In this document: positions 48,475 through 60,734 of the stretch, in pieces
Layout of the letters: the number at the start of each line of letters is the position of its first letter
How positions within the stretch are numbered: position 1 is the first letter of the stretch
NCBI GenBank assembly: GCA_017654855.1
Contig: CM030333.1
Coordinates: 1-64,000 of the forward strand
DNA length: 64,000 nt
DNA from: Podospora anserina
Taxonomy: Eukaryota
Reading direction: 5' to 3'
Notes under the pieces: model-generated
Databases searched by the model: none
What the model was told of the DNA's origin: nothing
Seen by the model: the letters and a program-made list of their open reading frames with translations, nothing else
Translations under genes and position numbers: made by a program

Positions 48475-50024
48475 ATGGAGGTCGATAGCGACGCAGACTC
48501 CCGGTTTTTGGAGGGGACACGTCATTTTCTCTCTTGGTTCCAGTCTCTGCCGGGAGCAACCTTCCATAAGGACATTGCGATTGAGGATCTGAGGAGTCGA
48601 AATGCAGGACGGGGTATTGGTGAGGCTTCCTGGGGTTCTGATTGCAATCTTGCGCTTTTTGCTGACAAGACACCCAAACAGTCGCCCAGGCCGACATTGC
48701 TGCCGACACAGTTCTTTTCACCATCCCACGCAACAGCATTCTTTGCGCGGCAACCTCCCCCCTGAAAGACATACTCCCTGAAATATTTGACCTCGACAAT
48801 GATGATGAGGACGAGTCTGGAGATGAAAGTGATGGTGACAACCAAAACTCTTGGACGCTCCTGATCCTCATCCTCATCCACGAATATCTGCAAGGGTCCT
48901 CCTCTCAGTGGAAGCCTTACCTCGACGTCCTCCCCTCCACCTTCAACACCCCCATGTTCTGGACACCCTCGCAGCTTTCCTTCCTTCAAGCTTCTGCCGT
49001 TACATCCAAGATCGGTCAGGAGGAGGCCGATAAGATGATCGCATCCAAGATCCTCCCTGTCATCCGCTCCCACCCCCAGATATTCTTCCCCTCGTCAGCC
49101 ACGCCCCTCTCCGATGACCAACTCATCCAGCTGGCGCACCGCATGGGCTCCACCATCATGTCATATGCCTTTGATCTTGAGCAGGACATGGAGATCCCCG
49201 AGCAGCTGGAGAACGACGACGAATGGGAGGAGGACCGCGAAGGGAAAACCATGCTGGGGATGGTGCCCATGGCAGACATTTTGAACGCCGATGCCGAGTT
49301 CAATGCGCACATCAACCACGCCGAAGATGCCCTGACTGCCGTCTCACTCCGCCCCATCAGAAAGGGGGAGGAGATTCTCAACTTTTACGGCCCGCTATCG
49401 AGTGCCGAGCTGCTCCGACGGTATGGATACGTCACGGAGAAGCATGCCAGGTGGGATGTGGTCGAGTTGTCTTGGAGTCTCATTTCGTCTGCGCTGCAGT
49501 CCAAGCTCCAAGCCCAGCCAGAGGTCTGGGAAAAGGTATGCGCGTTGGTGCAGCAGGACGAGGAGTTTGAGGAGGCATTCGTTCTGGAACGTCAGAGTCC
49601 GGATCCTTCGTCCACAGGGTTGTTGGAAGAGCCGGCCGAGTTTACTTCTCTCCCGGACGAGCTCGGTGAGCAGTTCAAGCTTTGTCTAAAGGCCTGCAAA
49701 AAAATAACAGACAGCAAAAACGATATGGCCCTTCGCGCACTGAACGACAAGGACTGGAGAAAGAGGTTATACCTAGAAACCATATTGGAGGCTGTGACGC
49801 AGAGAGAAAGGGAATACGGTACCACACTAGAGCAGGATGATCAGTTCCTCAGTGCTAATCCGTCCGACCAACGAGAAAAGATGGCTGTGCGGGTGCGCCG
49901 GGGGGAAAAGCTTGTTCTAAGAGAAGCACGAGAGTGGATCAACACGCAGCTCGAGGAGCTGAGAAACAGACCCGTGGATCAGCCACAAGACGAAGGGAGG
50001 GCGGCGAAGAGGAGGAGAATATAA
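48475..50024 (+). CDS. SET-domain protein lysine methyltransferase (SETD6/Rkm4-like), one intron
   Basis: DLRSRNAGRGI, WKPYLDVLP, MVPMADILNAD, GEEILNFYG, ELLRRYGY, plus a C-terminal domain typical of Rubisco-LSMT-type SET proteins. Confidence 0.9.
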
Positions 50025-50210
50025 CTATGTGGAAAAGTTAATAAATTATTAAGATGATATCGTTGACAAGGTGTACCCATCGGCAGTGCCTCTGATCGGT
50101 ATAAGGTAAGCCAGATTATGAAAAGAAAGGAAAACGCCAACATGGTCGTTCCTGGACCCTAGCCATGGATGCCAAACATGTCCCAAGACTGCAAGCCATC
50201 TCAAAGCAGG

Positions 50211-51941
50211 TCATGCCTTGTCCTTTGGCTTCTTTCGTATCAACCCCGCATCAAGGACATTGATGGAGATTGGCCCGCTCTCATTAGAGCCTGCCGTGCT
50301 TTGCCCTGTCTCTTGTGATGGTCCTTTCCTGCGCACTAGTCCTGTCAAGTTGGTCACGACGGCCCCCTGATTACCACTGCTCACACTCCCAAAGAGGTTT
50401 CCTTGTGTCTTAGCCTTACCGAGAACCGAAGCACCCCACTCGTCAGCGCCAACGCCTGCCTGGCTGATCCAGCGCCGAGAACTTCCCACCGCCTTGTCCA
50501 GTGTCGAAAAGTCCAGGTGCAACAGAAGCTCGATATCCCTCTTGTATTCCGACTCGCTGACCACTTTGGCACCCCGTCCTTCTGGGGGCCAGTAATAGTA
50601 CTTTGTCGACGTCGGTCGGTCGAGTAGATAGTTGCGGAGCTGGCGCTTCACCTTGGGCGGTCGCGATATGATGGGGCCCGTCAGCCTCTTCTTCTTTCTC
50701 TTCAACTTGTCCTTTTTCTTGCGACGATCCGGTTGCGGGGGCGATTCATCCAAATCTTGTTTCAGCGGGCTGCCTCTGTTGGAGCGGGGAGTCTGAGCGA
50801 GGATATCCATGCGCCGACGGGGAGGTGTGGAGGGTGGGTTGTGAGACGAGAATGGCGCGTCAAATGACGAAGCGGACGTGGTAGTCTTTGCTTGGGCGGC
50901 AGTACCCTTCTTCGTGGGATCAAAAACTAGCCAAATAAAACCAGTGAGCCGTCCGCTTGAGCACTCCTGGCGAAACGACATCATTTCCCAGAACTGGTCA
51001 AGAGTTTTGACGCTCGCCCACTTCCATATTCCCTGCTTGCGTTTGGAGACCTCCTCGTCCAGCTCGTCGCGAAATCGGGATTTGGGGTCGTCGGGGTAGC
51101 GCGGGATCAGGCAGCGCGGCGGCACCCAGTCGAACTCGTCGACGTAATGGGATATCTTTTCCAAGGGATGGCCGATAACCCAGTTGTCTGCGCTCGTAGC
51201 TGTCCGTGGAACAAAGGCCCTCGTGTCAGTCTCCTCCAGACCCGGGACGAGGAGGTACCCTTTTGGGGTTCCCCACGCCTCCCCTCTCAATCCCTCCATC
51301 AGCGGGTTGAGCACTCTGCACCACCATTTGACCAGGCCCCGGTCGTCGAGAATATGCTTGCCGGCATTTTGCACGCTACCTGGAAACAGATACTGCGACT
51401 GGGCGCGGGCAAAGAGGTTCACGATGGTCTGTGTGTTCTTGCGTCGACGATGTTCGATCAGGTAGGCGAGGAATGTGGCTGTCACTTGGCGGATGGGCGA
51501 TGAGGTGCCCTTGGGGAGCTTGAGAAGATGCAAGTAGCCAGTCGAGTCCGCCTTGCCCACAAACAGCGTGGTCGAGTAGGCTGTCGTGAAGATGAAGATC
51601 TCGACAGCAAAGACCAACACCTGGGCTCTGGGCTCGGTGGCTTTGGCCTCGTCGGCACCGGGCGAAGCGCGCTTTAAGGAGGCAGGCGCATCGTGGTCGC
51701 GATCTATCGAGATGGCCAGGAAGTGGCTTTCGCCAAATGTCTTGTCTGGCCGTTCGTCTGGTGGGGCCGAGCAGAGAGGTTCGGTCTTGGTCGGGGGCGT
51801 CGAGAGGTGGTAAACGGCAAACTTGAAGCCGTGAGGCAGCACGGCAGCGAGTCGATCGCGAAGGGTGTCAGTGCTGGTTGGAGTCGGAGTCACACTCTTG
51901 AAGGCACGTCTGAAGGTCGAGGATGTGGTGGAGGAAGACAT
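50211..51941 (-). CDS. RTT109: Histone H3K56 acetyltransferase Rtt109
   Basis: FVGKADSTG, LFARAQSQYLFPGS..N.GKHILDDRGLVKWW, PRYPDDPKSRF, FWEMMSFRQECSSG; start taken at MSSSTTSS. Confidence 0.93.
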   Translation of the reverse strand: MSSSTTSSTFRRAFKSVTPTPTSTDTLRDRLAAVLPHGFKFAVYHLSTPPTKTEPLCSAPPDERPDKTFGESHFLAISIDRDHDAPASLKRASPGADEAKATEPRAQVLVFAVEIFIFTTAYSTTLFVGKADSTGYLHLLKLPKGTSSPIRQVTATFLAYLIEHRRRKNTQTIVNLFARAQSQYLFPGSVQNAGKHILDDRGLVKWWCRVLNPLMEGLRGEAWGTPKGYLLVPGLEETDTRAFVPRTATSADNWVIGHPLEKISHYVDEFDWVPPRCLIPRYPDDPKSRFRDELDEEVSKRKQGIWKWASVKTLDQFWEMMSFRQECSSGRLTGFIWLVFDPTKKGTAAQAKTTTSASSFDAPFSSHNPPSTPPRRRMDILAQTPRSNRGSPLKQDLDESPPQPDRRKKKDKLKRKKKRLTGPIISRPPKVKRQLRNYLLDRPTSTKYYYWPPEGRGAKVVSESEYKRDIELLLHLDFSTLDKAVGSSRRWISQAGVGADEWGASVLGKAKTQGNLFGSVSSGNQGAVVTNLTGLVRRKGPSQETGQSTAGSNESGPISINVLDAGLIRKKPKDKA

Positions 51942-52396
51942 TGTGGTGGTCGAGGCCCTGGAGACAAAGTGGTATCCCAGGTTCCAATGCAGTGCCGTGG
52001 CAGACAAGATGGAGCCCAGGGAGCTGGAAGCTGGAGCTGGAGCAGGCGTGCCTGGCGTGCTGGGGATCAAGCCTGGTCGCGTGGGCCGCTTGGCATCAAA
52101 CTGCATTGGCCAATGAAAAAGGTTTGTTTTGCCCCGCACATCCCTTGCAGCAGTGGGGCTTCAGTGTGGGGTTGTCGGGCTGAGCCGGCGCCGAAGTTCA
52201 GCCGCTTGGCAACGGAAGCGCATTGCAGCTTTGGCTGGGGAAACCGAGAGGACGGAAAAAAATTACAGCGCGATTGTTGGAGTGCCCGGCGCATGTGCTT
52301 GGAAGCAGCAAGACAAACAACACCACGACCTGTAGCTGGCCATTGCACCTTGACGAACCAGTCCCGCCCGACGACACCCCAGCAGCCAACAACACC

Positions 52397-53353
52397 ATGG
52401 CTCTCAATCCCGCGCGGGCGTCCGTCTCGTCGGCCTCCAAGGCTCTGGCAAGATGCACCCGGCCCCCACCATCGTCGGTTGCCAGCTGTATGGGCCTATC
52501 TGCCCGCCAAATGTCGACAGAGACGACACCGACATCAACACCAACCACGGCCGATAGCCAATCAGCCTCCGGGGCCTCCTCCTCGGAACGTCGCCCGCGG
52601 TGGTCTTATACCCCAGAACGAATGAAGGGCCCCGGCTTTTCCATCAACATTGTCAAGAACCCCGCGCGCAAGATATGGCACGTAAACGAGGATCCAGAAA
52701 AGGTCGATGCCGTTTACAACCGGTTCCTGGGCAAGAACGGCGACAAGATGTTGCCCGACGAGATCAAGTGGCTGGCTGTAACACACAAGAGTTTCGACCA
52801 AGGAAGGAGAGGCTTCAACACGAGACTGGCCTACTATGGTGCGCCGGCCCATTCTCCGTCATGACTTGTTTTAGTGCTGATTCCAGTTGTTCCCCCCAGG
52901 TCGTCAAGTCCTCGCCCTAGAGACTACGCGAAGTATCCTCGCAAATCCGCTCCCTGGGGATGCGGCCCAAGAAGCAATCACCTTCTCTGACGAACATGGC
53001 CGCGAGCCGTTCCAGCACCCTGCTCTCGCGAATGTCGACAAGCTGTATGCAAGACAACCCTGGGACGTAGTAAGCATGGAAAAGATTGCCAAACTCGCCT
53101 TTGATGTTGGTCTGGGTGAAATCACCCGGTGGAAACCCAAGATGGTATAGCTCTTCTCCCCCGTTGCCAATGCCCTGACTGAATCGGCTAACGAATAAAC
53201 TCTGTCTGGCAGCCTGAAAACCTCGAACTCTCGGGTATTGTTTCGGTACTCAACACATCAGTCTTGGCCATCGTCGGCGCCGTTTCTCTTCAAAATGGCG
53301 CCGAAGCCGCGCATCGCGTTGTCCGCGATAGAATACTAAGGAGACTGGCTTAA
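52397..53353 (+). CDS. Mitochondrial large-subunit ribosomal protein mL57 (MRPL15-like, RNase III-like), 2 introns
   Basis: Presequence-like N-terminus; WLAVTHKSFDQGRRGFNTRLAYYG, RWKPK, AIVGAVSLQNG. Confidence 0.85.
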
Positions 53354-53489
53354 CGGCTGCAATGGCCGAGGCGAGTGGCATCGTGTATAATCTTGTATTA
53401 TAGTTTATTGGGCGGGCGGGCAATGTAGAAATGGCTGGAAAATGCCCTCTCCAGTGACTTGCGATGAACCCCAAACGTAGAGTAATAAG

Positions 53490-54437
53490 TCACCACCCAT
53501 CCACAAACTGAATCTCGGCCACCTTCATGGGCTTCTTGCCAACCTTCATCCACCCGTCCCCATCAACAAACTGCTTGCCTCTGCTCAGGAGGAAGCGGCG
53601 ATAGTAATCAGTATCGACACTCGCTTGCTGCAGCACGCATTTACCGCCCTTCCACTCGGCCGGCGGCATGCGCTCTGCATATAGAAACAAGATAAACTCA
53701 TCCAGGTCGGCAAAAATGGTCCGCGCAAACGCTTTGAGAGTGGCTGCCCCCACTGGGTGAGCCCAGGGAGCCATGCTCATTGACAGCCTTCTCAGCCCCC
53801 TCGCCTTACCCTTTTGGTTCCTCAGAGTGGATGCACCCGTCTTTCGGAGCCAATCCAACAGGTTCGTCAACCGGGTGTAATGGAGATCACCGAGCAAGGC
53901 GACTGTGTCATGCTCTAGGTTGAGATACAGCGAGCGGGAAGGAAGGAGGTCGCCAGGCCGTTCCGAATTGATCTCTGGGTCTAGGGGGTGGTGTCGGACG
54001 AAAGGAGCGTAAAGGGGAAGCGCAACATTATAGTGCCTGAGAGCTGCCTGGCGGGCTTCCATAGAGACCGAAAGAGCGACAGGGTTGAAGGAGAGTGATT
54101 GCCACTTGGGTTGGTCTCGGTGGTTGTCATCAGCATAGTGGGTGCGGCGGGTGTGAAGGACGACTGTACGAGGGAAGAATGAGAGACGCCTTTAAGCTTC
54201 AACCATTAGTTGGCGGCATGTGAGTTGAGACACGAGAACAAGGAAGCCTGACCATATCTTGAGACGGAGCTCCGCGGGGAGAAGTGAGAATAGGGAAAAC
54301 GTTGTGAGGCCCGGGCTCTCGTCGGCAGATGTTGAAGAAAACCGCCCATCACTCGGCTCTTGGCTGATGCTCATCGTGGTTGAGGTTGGAACCTCTCCTA
54401 CTGCCCTTGAGGAGAGGCTCTCTGTCAAGGCAGCCAT
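53490..54437 (-). CDS. 2EXR-domain hypothetical protein (one intron)
   Basis: FSLFSLLPAELRLKIW | intron | ...PRTVVL...LFSVSMEARQAALRHY. Confidence 0.75.
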
Positions 54438-55148
54438 GATGCAGACTCAACTAACCGTTTATATCTGGTTGTAGAATTTTTGAGTGTTTCTGGGCCTTCT
54501 GCAAAATAAAAGCAAGCAAAAGAACCTCTAAGATGCGGGGGCCAGTGGCTTTTAATTCAGGGCCACCATCCGCAGACGATATCCATTTGGATCCAGGTCG
54601 GCATCGTCCGCACGTCTCCGCCTCAACATTTGAATGTCTATTTGGTACTTAATGGTCCGAATCACGAGAATTAGGCGGTGTGTGCGCCCAAAATTGTAAC
54701 CGATAAAGATAAAATGTCAGCAGTTGGGCTTATTAGGGTGGGGGATGACAGGGGGGTCAATAGACAGCTCTCCGTGTGGAATTGACGTCAGCGCGCCCTT
54801 TTGGGTACCTACATGACTGTCTGGATTTTCGGTCCACCTCCAACACCCCGCTCCTCGAACAGGTCGGTCTGTCTTTTCCCCCAAGCTACTGCGATTTTGC
54901 GCCTTTCCATGCTATTCCAGCCAGTGTCGATTTACCCAGTCAAAAGCTTACGCATGTGAGGCTGTACATAGACCACTCAGGCGGGCAGTCAAAGTCAACA
55001 TCCGGTATGGAACGAACGCAACCATTGTTAATATTGAAATCTGACATGAGCGGACTGAACACATCAAGCCATACCGCGATCCAAGCTCAAGCAAAACTTT
55101 AGATACCCCAAGGCCCAAAATACCCCTTTCAACTGAACAATGGAGTGA

Positions 55149-56938
55149 TCACTTCGTCGTCACCGTCATCAGCATCCCATCTACCGGCTTAGCAGTTACC
55201 TGTTGATTCTGGCAACCCGTGTTAGTGGTAAACCTGTGAAATAGGTATGTACAGACAAGCTTACATTGTACACTGGTTTGCCCTTGAGACGGCATTTTCG
55301 TGTTGGTTCAAGAATGAAAGCTCCCTTTTCATTCCTTTCCAGCTCTCCCAAGCCCACCTTGGAAAAGGTGTATTTTCTTGCCACAAACGCAATGATGACC
55401 CTTGCTTCGATCGTGGCAAGGTCCTGGCCGATGCAGTTTCTGGGACCGCGCTCAAACGGTCTCCAAGAGCTGGCGGGAAACCGTCTGTCTTCTTCGATGG
55501 TGCTGTCCCCGTCGTTGCTCGAGCTCATAATCCCGCTCTTGTCGCCTAGCCATCTGTCGGGCATGAACTCGTCCGCAGTATCACCAAACACTTGAGCGTC
55601 TCGCTGTATGATGGTGGCGCAGTTATAAACCACCATGCCATCGAGACAGAGGTGTTGTCCTTCAGGGGTGTGGACAACGAAGTTGCTTCCTGGTGGCGCC
55701 ATCCTTGCCGTACCAGCTGGTGGGCATAGGCGCAGCGTCTCCTTGATGACGGCGGTGGTGTAGGCCATGTTGTTGAGCAATTCATCCCCTCCTGGACTCA
55801 GCAGCTTGTGCTTCATCAGCTCGAAGCTTTCACCTGATTCGGGGCCGAAGAGGGCATCCAGCTCTGCAACTAGTGCCTCGTGCGCTTTGGGGTACCGGTG
55901 AAGAAAGTAGAATGCCCAAGCGAGAAGAATCGAGGTCGTGTCGTGCCCTGCAAACAGGAACGTCTTTACCTGATCGATTGTCTGAGCCAGCAGCTGCTCG
56001 TCGAGCACGTCGTGTCCCTGCAGTGACAGGCTCAGCACACTGCGCTTTTCCTGTGGCTGCTCCTCGCCATGCTTCAGCCGAATCATCTGTTCCAGAAGGG
56101 AATCGACCTTTTTCCCAAGACGGAATCGTTTGAGGGCCAGCTTTGGATAACACCACCACGGAAGCATGTTGCTTCTTCCATGAAATGTCTGGACTAGTTG
56201 GTCATAAACCCTGATGAACTCGCCCTCTCTGGAAGAGTCGGGGATCTGGGCGTCAAAGTCGATGCCCATCGTCACCGCCCCGATGATGTCAAATGTCAAG
56301 CTGATAATGAGGTCGGTCAAGGGGAAAGATTGGCCATTTTCGCAGAGCTTGTTCAGTCTACCGAGGAAGATCTCAGTCTTGTCAATGATACAGGGGAGCA
56401 AGGTCATGAGGTGCTTCGGCGCGAATCCAGGGTTGTACTGCTTTCTCATCGACTTCCATTCCTCTCGCTGCTTGGACAAGATGGAGTGAGGCCCGATGAG
56501 GTCCACAAGGTCGGCTATGGTAGGAGATTTTGGGGCGCTCCAAGGATACTGCTTCGTCGCTTTCGACAGCTGCTCGGCCACCTCATGAGACGAAATGACG
56601 GCCATGGGATACCTGGCTGGCCAGAGGTCGACGAGAAGCACAGAAGGGTTACCGGCAGCTTTGACCATGTCACGGAAGATCCAGTCTGTTTATCTATTAG
56701 CGACTGGTCACCAGAGTACAGGAGTAATACAAGATCTGGATAGCAACTCACCAATATGCAGATCAGGGAGGTCATTGTTTTTGACTGTAAACTCATGAAT
56801 GGTCTTCATGTGTCCCCAAATAAAAGACGGCTTAAGCTGTGGAAAGTGGGCATACTGCTTGAACCTGCGATGCCACACCGTCGCCAAAAGATACACGCCA
56901 ACCGGGAGCAAGGCCCAGAGCACAAGATGGCTCGCCAT
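55149..56938 (-). CDS. Cytochrome P450 monooxygenase (2 introns)
   Basis: N-terminal TM anchor, FAGHDTT (I-helix), KETLR, PDRW, heme motif FERGPRNCIG; last exon ...VTAKPVDGM. Confidence 0.93.
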
Positions 56939-57473
56939 TTCTTTTGTTTCTGTTATCTGTGAGTCAGATTTCAGGCTCAGGTTAATCACTTGTGCAGACT
57001 TACAGTGCGGATGACTCAATAGGCAGATTTGCTGCAGAAGTTGGGAACAGACAAGAAGAGGACTTTATCAATTTAGAGGGGAAGAACGGGCGTGAAGGGT
57101 GTCCCAGCGTTGTCCTCAGGTGGGTTCGCCTGTTGGTTGTTCCCGCGCCTCTCGTTTGTTGCAAAACAACCAGGATTGAATGAATTCTGCATGGAACTTG
57201 GGTAGCTGGTGGTCTTTTTGGTGGCGGTGAAACAGTGGGTAGCCTGTAGGTGAGAGTGTACCTACCCTACCTACCGATATTGCCACACCTGAACTTGGGA
57301 CACAACATGAACGCCACGGAAACCCATGGCAACATTTTGACTGGATATCGTATTGTCGCTGAATGCTTTATACAGAAGACGTTGACGAAGGGGTGGTCCT
57401 ACCCGCGTAGCTTCCGGCTAAAGACACCCTCCAATGCAACGTGGCCCAGGTACTACGTGATCCCGACACGGCC

Positions 57474-58510
57474 TCAGATCTTCCCAATCTCCCGGCCTCC
57501 GGTGTTTCTTTCGCTGCCCAGGATCAAATTGACCTGGTTGCTGACCCCGATCAACTCCCCTTTTTCGTCCGTAATCACCACTTCCAGGTCCAGTCTTCCG
57601 TTTCTGATCTCTTTGCTTTGCATCCTCAACCTGAGCCACTCAACCCCCTTTTCCTCGGGCAGCGAACGTTTCAGTTCCAGACTCATCACGATCGTCGGAT
57701 ACCAGAACATCTCGGTCGCTTTGAATGGCTTATCTGTTTCGCCGCCTGGAGGGGGCCGAAACGCTTCGACGACGTAGGGGAAAGCATCACTGACGAGCCC
57801 GAGGGAGGAGTTTGTGAACCCCTCTGACGGGATCTTGAATCGCATCCACAGGTCGATTACACTCGGGTGCTCCTGTCCCCGCTTTGGAAAGTAAAAATGG
57901 CAGTTGTCCAAAACCCGTGCGTATGTGCCAAACGCTCCGGAAGATCCAAGGTCGAGCTCCCGCCAGTTGTCATCCTGCCTCTTTGATTTCAACAGGGAAA
58001 AGTCTGGAGAGGCAGTCTTGGACGGCAATGACCACAAAGTGGGCAGTGTGAGTCCTTGCTCTCTGGAGAGATCCGTCATGGTCAGATAGGCCGTGATCTC
58101 GGCCCGGGACGTTCCCTTGGTAATCCAGGGCGCTTGGTCGAGTAGTCCTCGTTGGTAGAGTGTCAGATGAAGCATCGAGAACTGTCTTCCTGGCTTGGTT
58201 TCCGAGATGATGATGATAGCAGGGCCAACTTCGGTTCGATTGAGAAATTGGAAATGCGACGTCATGGCATCTTTTTGGTGTTTTGATGCCAAATGCAAAC
58301 GGGCTGCCTCCAACAGGCAAGAAGCGGAATACCCGCCATTGGGGACTGCAGTTGATGTCAGTCAGAGTACCTAGGTATAAGAGGGCAACCGAGAAAGGAC
58401 GAAATCATACCAGTCCCAATGCAATAGGAGTCCAGCAGGTTAGTTTTGTATGTGTGGGAGTCGAGTCTCTCCACCTTGGTGGCTTGGGAAAAAGAGATGA
58501 GGGCAGACAT
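57474..58510 (-). CDS. Thioesterase-like superfamily (double hot-dog) protein, one intron
   Basis: MSAPHLFSQAT...YCIGT | intron | VPNGGY...; HFQFLNRT..GPA, WYPT, NGRLDLEV. Confidence 0.85.
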
Positions 58511-58853
58511 GATAACAGGTGCAAAGGAGTACTGTCTGATTTGTTGCTACAATGATTCTGAAAGATCCGATGGACCTGTAAACAGGTTTATTACATACAG
58601 ACCTGCAGCTCGACTATACATAAGAGCTCCATGTGGTAGAATAATCAAGAAAATAGACCCACAGCTGACCTCGGCTGCCGTAGAAAGAAATCCGAAGTCC
58701 GTTCGTTCACCACCACCTGCTGCAGCCTGATCCTGATCAAGCCAAGTAGGAATGTTATAAAAACTGAGTGTGCCTGTATCAAACAGACCACACCAAGGGA
58801 GTTATTGCCGGCAAAAAAAATAAAGATTATTGATCATCAATGATCAAAAGGTT

Positions 58854-58942
58854 TGGACAATATGGGAATTGAACCCATGACCTTTCACAGGACGCAGCTG
58901 TATGGATGCGAAGCGAAAATCATACCCCTAGACCAATTGCCC
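58854..58942 (-). tRNA. tRNA-Ala(CGC) with intron
   Basis: GGGCAAT/ATTGTCC acceptor stem with G3:U70, D arm TGGTCTAGGGGTATGA, anticodon TT-CGC-A followed by a ~17-nt intron, T arm ATGGGTTCAATTCCCAT, downstream T-run. Confidence 0.92.
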
Positions 58943-59509
58943 TAGTTATTGGAAACAAATGCTAGTTTTCCCATACATGATTGGCCTTATTCCCATCTCT
59001 TGCCAACCAAGCAGGGAACCCTTGGAAGTTGGACCTCGGCTCTACCAAAGATTAGAGGTAGGGGTGGGTCAGCCACAGCTGCGATTCACATCCTTGAAGA
59101 CCATGGAAACCCCATCTTCACATGTCAACTGCAAAGTTGTCTACCGCACCTCAAACTCTTGGAATCCCAACAATTCCAGAACCTGCCATCCAAGTCGTTG
59201 CTATTTGGGCTCACCTCACAATTGCCAGGCTGATTTGTCTCGATTGGCGACATTGCTGGTTGACAAGATGGACGCATCCCTGCAGCGCAGCAGGCGGTTC
59301 GAGTTCAACTTCTTCCCAGCCCCACCCGAGATGTTCGCAAATGTGGATTGCCAGCATGCTTTGTTGGGGAAGAAGGGGCAGGGTACTTTGTAGAACATTG
59401 GTTGACTGACGATAAATTATCCCATGTCCAGTTTACGATGGTGTACTTTTTTCTTTGGCTCTGTTGACATTCGCAAACCCCCAGCGCTTCAACCTGACTG
59501 ACCACCACG

Positions 59510-60478
59510 ATGACCAACGCCGAACCGCCACCGCCTCCCGCCTCAGGGCCCGAAAATCATCCCGATGAAGCACCGTTGCTGAAAACCTTCACCCGCCTCA
59601 GCAAGCAAGTCTACGTTCAAGAGCCCGTTTCCTCTCCTCCCCCAGGCGCTCACGAAACCGATCCAACAACCGTGATCATATATGGCTGGGGGGATGCCGC
59701 GCCGAAACATCTGTCCAAATATGTTACTGGCTACACGACGCTATTTCCCTATGTCCGGCTGGTCCTCATCTTCTCTCCGATCCTCAAGACGCTGTACCAG
59801 ACCCTCGACTCTCGTTCAAAAACCATGATACCCGTAATCGAGGCCCTCTACGGGCCCATTTCCTCCCTTGGCTCCTCTGCCGTGCCCTCCAAGGCCGAGT
59901 CCAAAGAACGAATCCTCCTGCAAGTCATGTCCAACACTGGAGGGATGAACCTGGCCGCCACCATGTACGCTTTTACTAGAGCCCAGCCCACTGAACCAGC
60001 TCAGGTGTTCCCCTATGACCTCATGGTCCTTGATTCAACACCAGGGAGCACCGCCTTCCTTCCCAACATTGCTCCTTGGTCACGAGCCATGGCAATAGGA
60101 GCTTCGAGAGTCTTGCCTTTTCTCCCCTTTATCGTCATCCAGGCGATGGCGGCGCTGTTCCTCGCAACGCTGCATGGCGTTGGTCAGATCATGGGAGCTA
60201 CTTCTGCAGCAGTGTTCTCTGTAGCCGCCGTAAACGATCCATCATTGTCCGACATCACCTCGAAACGGCTATACCTCTACAGCAAAGAAGACGACATCAT
60301 TCATTGGGAGGATATTGAAAGGCACGCGGCAGATGCAAAAAGCAAGGGATGGGACGTGTCGGCTGAGACCTTTGAGGGCACCCGCCATGTTGGCCACATG
60401 AAAGCCCACCCGGATAAGTACTGGACTGCCATCAGCGCAGCATGGAAAGATGCAGTCAAGAAACGAGACCATCAGTGA
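59510..60478 (+). CDS. DUF829 (TMEM53/PaxU-like) alpha/beta-hydrolase-fold protein
   Basis: IIYGWGDA..KHLSKY, MSNTGG, VLDSTPG, RLYLYSKEDDII, HVGHM. Confidence 0.88.
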   Translation: MTNAEPPPPPASGPENHPDEAPLLKTFTRLSKQVYVQEPVSSPPPGAHETDPTTVIIYGWGDAAPKHLSKYVTGYTTLFPYVRLVLIFSPILKTLYQTLDSRSKTMIPVIEALYGPISSLGSSAVPSKAESKERILLQVMSNTGGMNLAATMYAFTRAQPTEPAQVFPYDLMVLDSTPGSTAFLPNIAPWSRAMAIGASRVLPFLPFIVIQAMAALFLATLHGVGQIMGATSAAVFSVAAVNDPSLSDITSKRLYLYSKEDDIIHWEDIERHAADAKSKGWDVSAETFEGTRHVGHMKAHPDKYWTAISAAWKDAVKKRDHQ

Positions 60479-60734
60479 CATGTGCGAATGAGGAATAGTG
60501 GAGAGAATAGAGATCAACTGGTAATACTTGCCCATTATATTCCCTATTGCATGGAACCTGTAAAATGCTGGCGAAAAGTCAAGATGGGGGCATCGCAGTC
60601 TCATTGGATCTTGGTTCTAGGTAATAATTTGAGAAACCCACATGGCCTTTTGAGCAAGGTTGTCCCGTTGTTCACCCTCCCTCACGGGCAATTGTGTTTG
60701 TCCACATATTGCCCCATGCCTACCACGGCACACC

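Noticed and set aside
51942-52139. 66-aa N-terminal extension of Rtt109
   Set aside because: Low-complexity and lies in the short divergent promoter shared with mL57; the downstream ATG in a CACAATG context is more plausible
55149-60478. P450, thioesterase and DUF829 as a secondary-metabolite cluster
   Set aside because: No backbone enzyme (PKS, NRPS or terpene synthase) in the window, and the genes are interspersed with housekeeping genes
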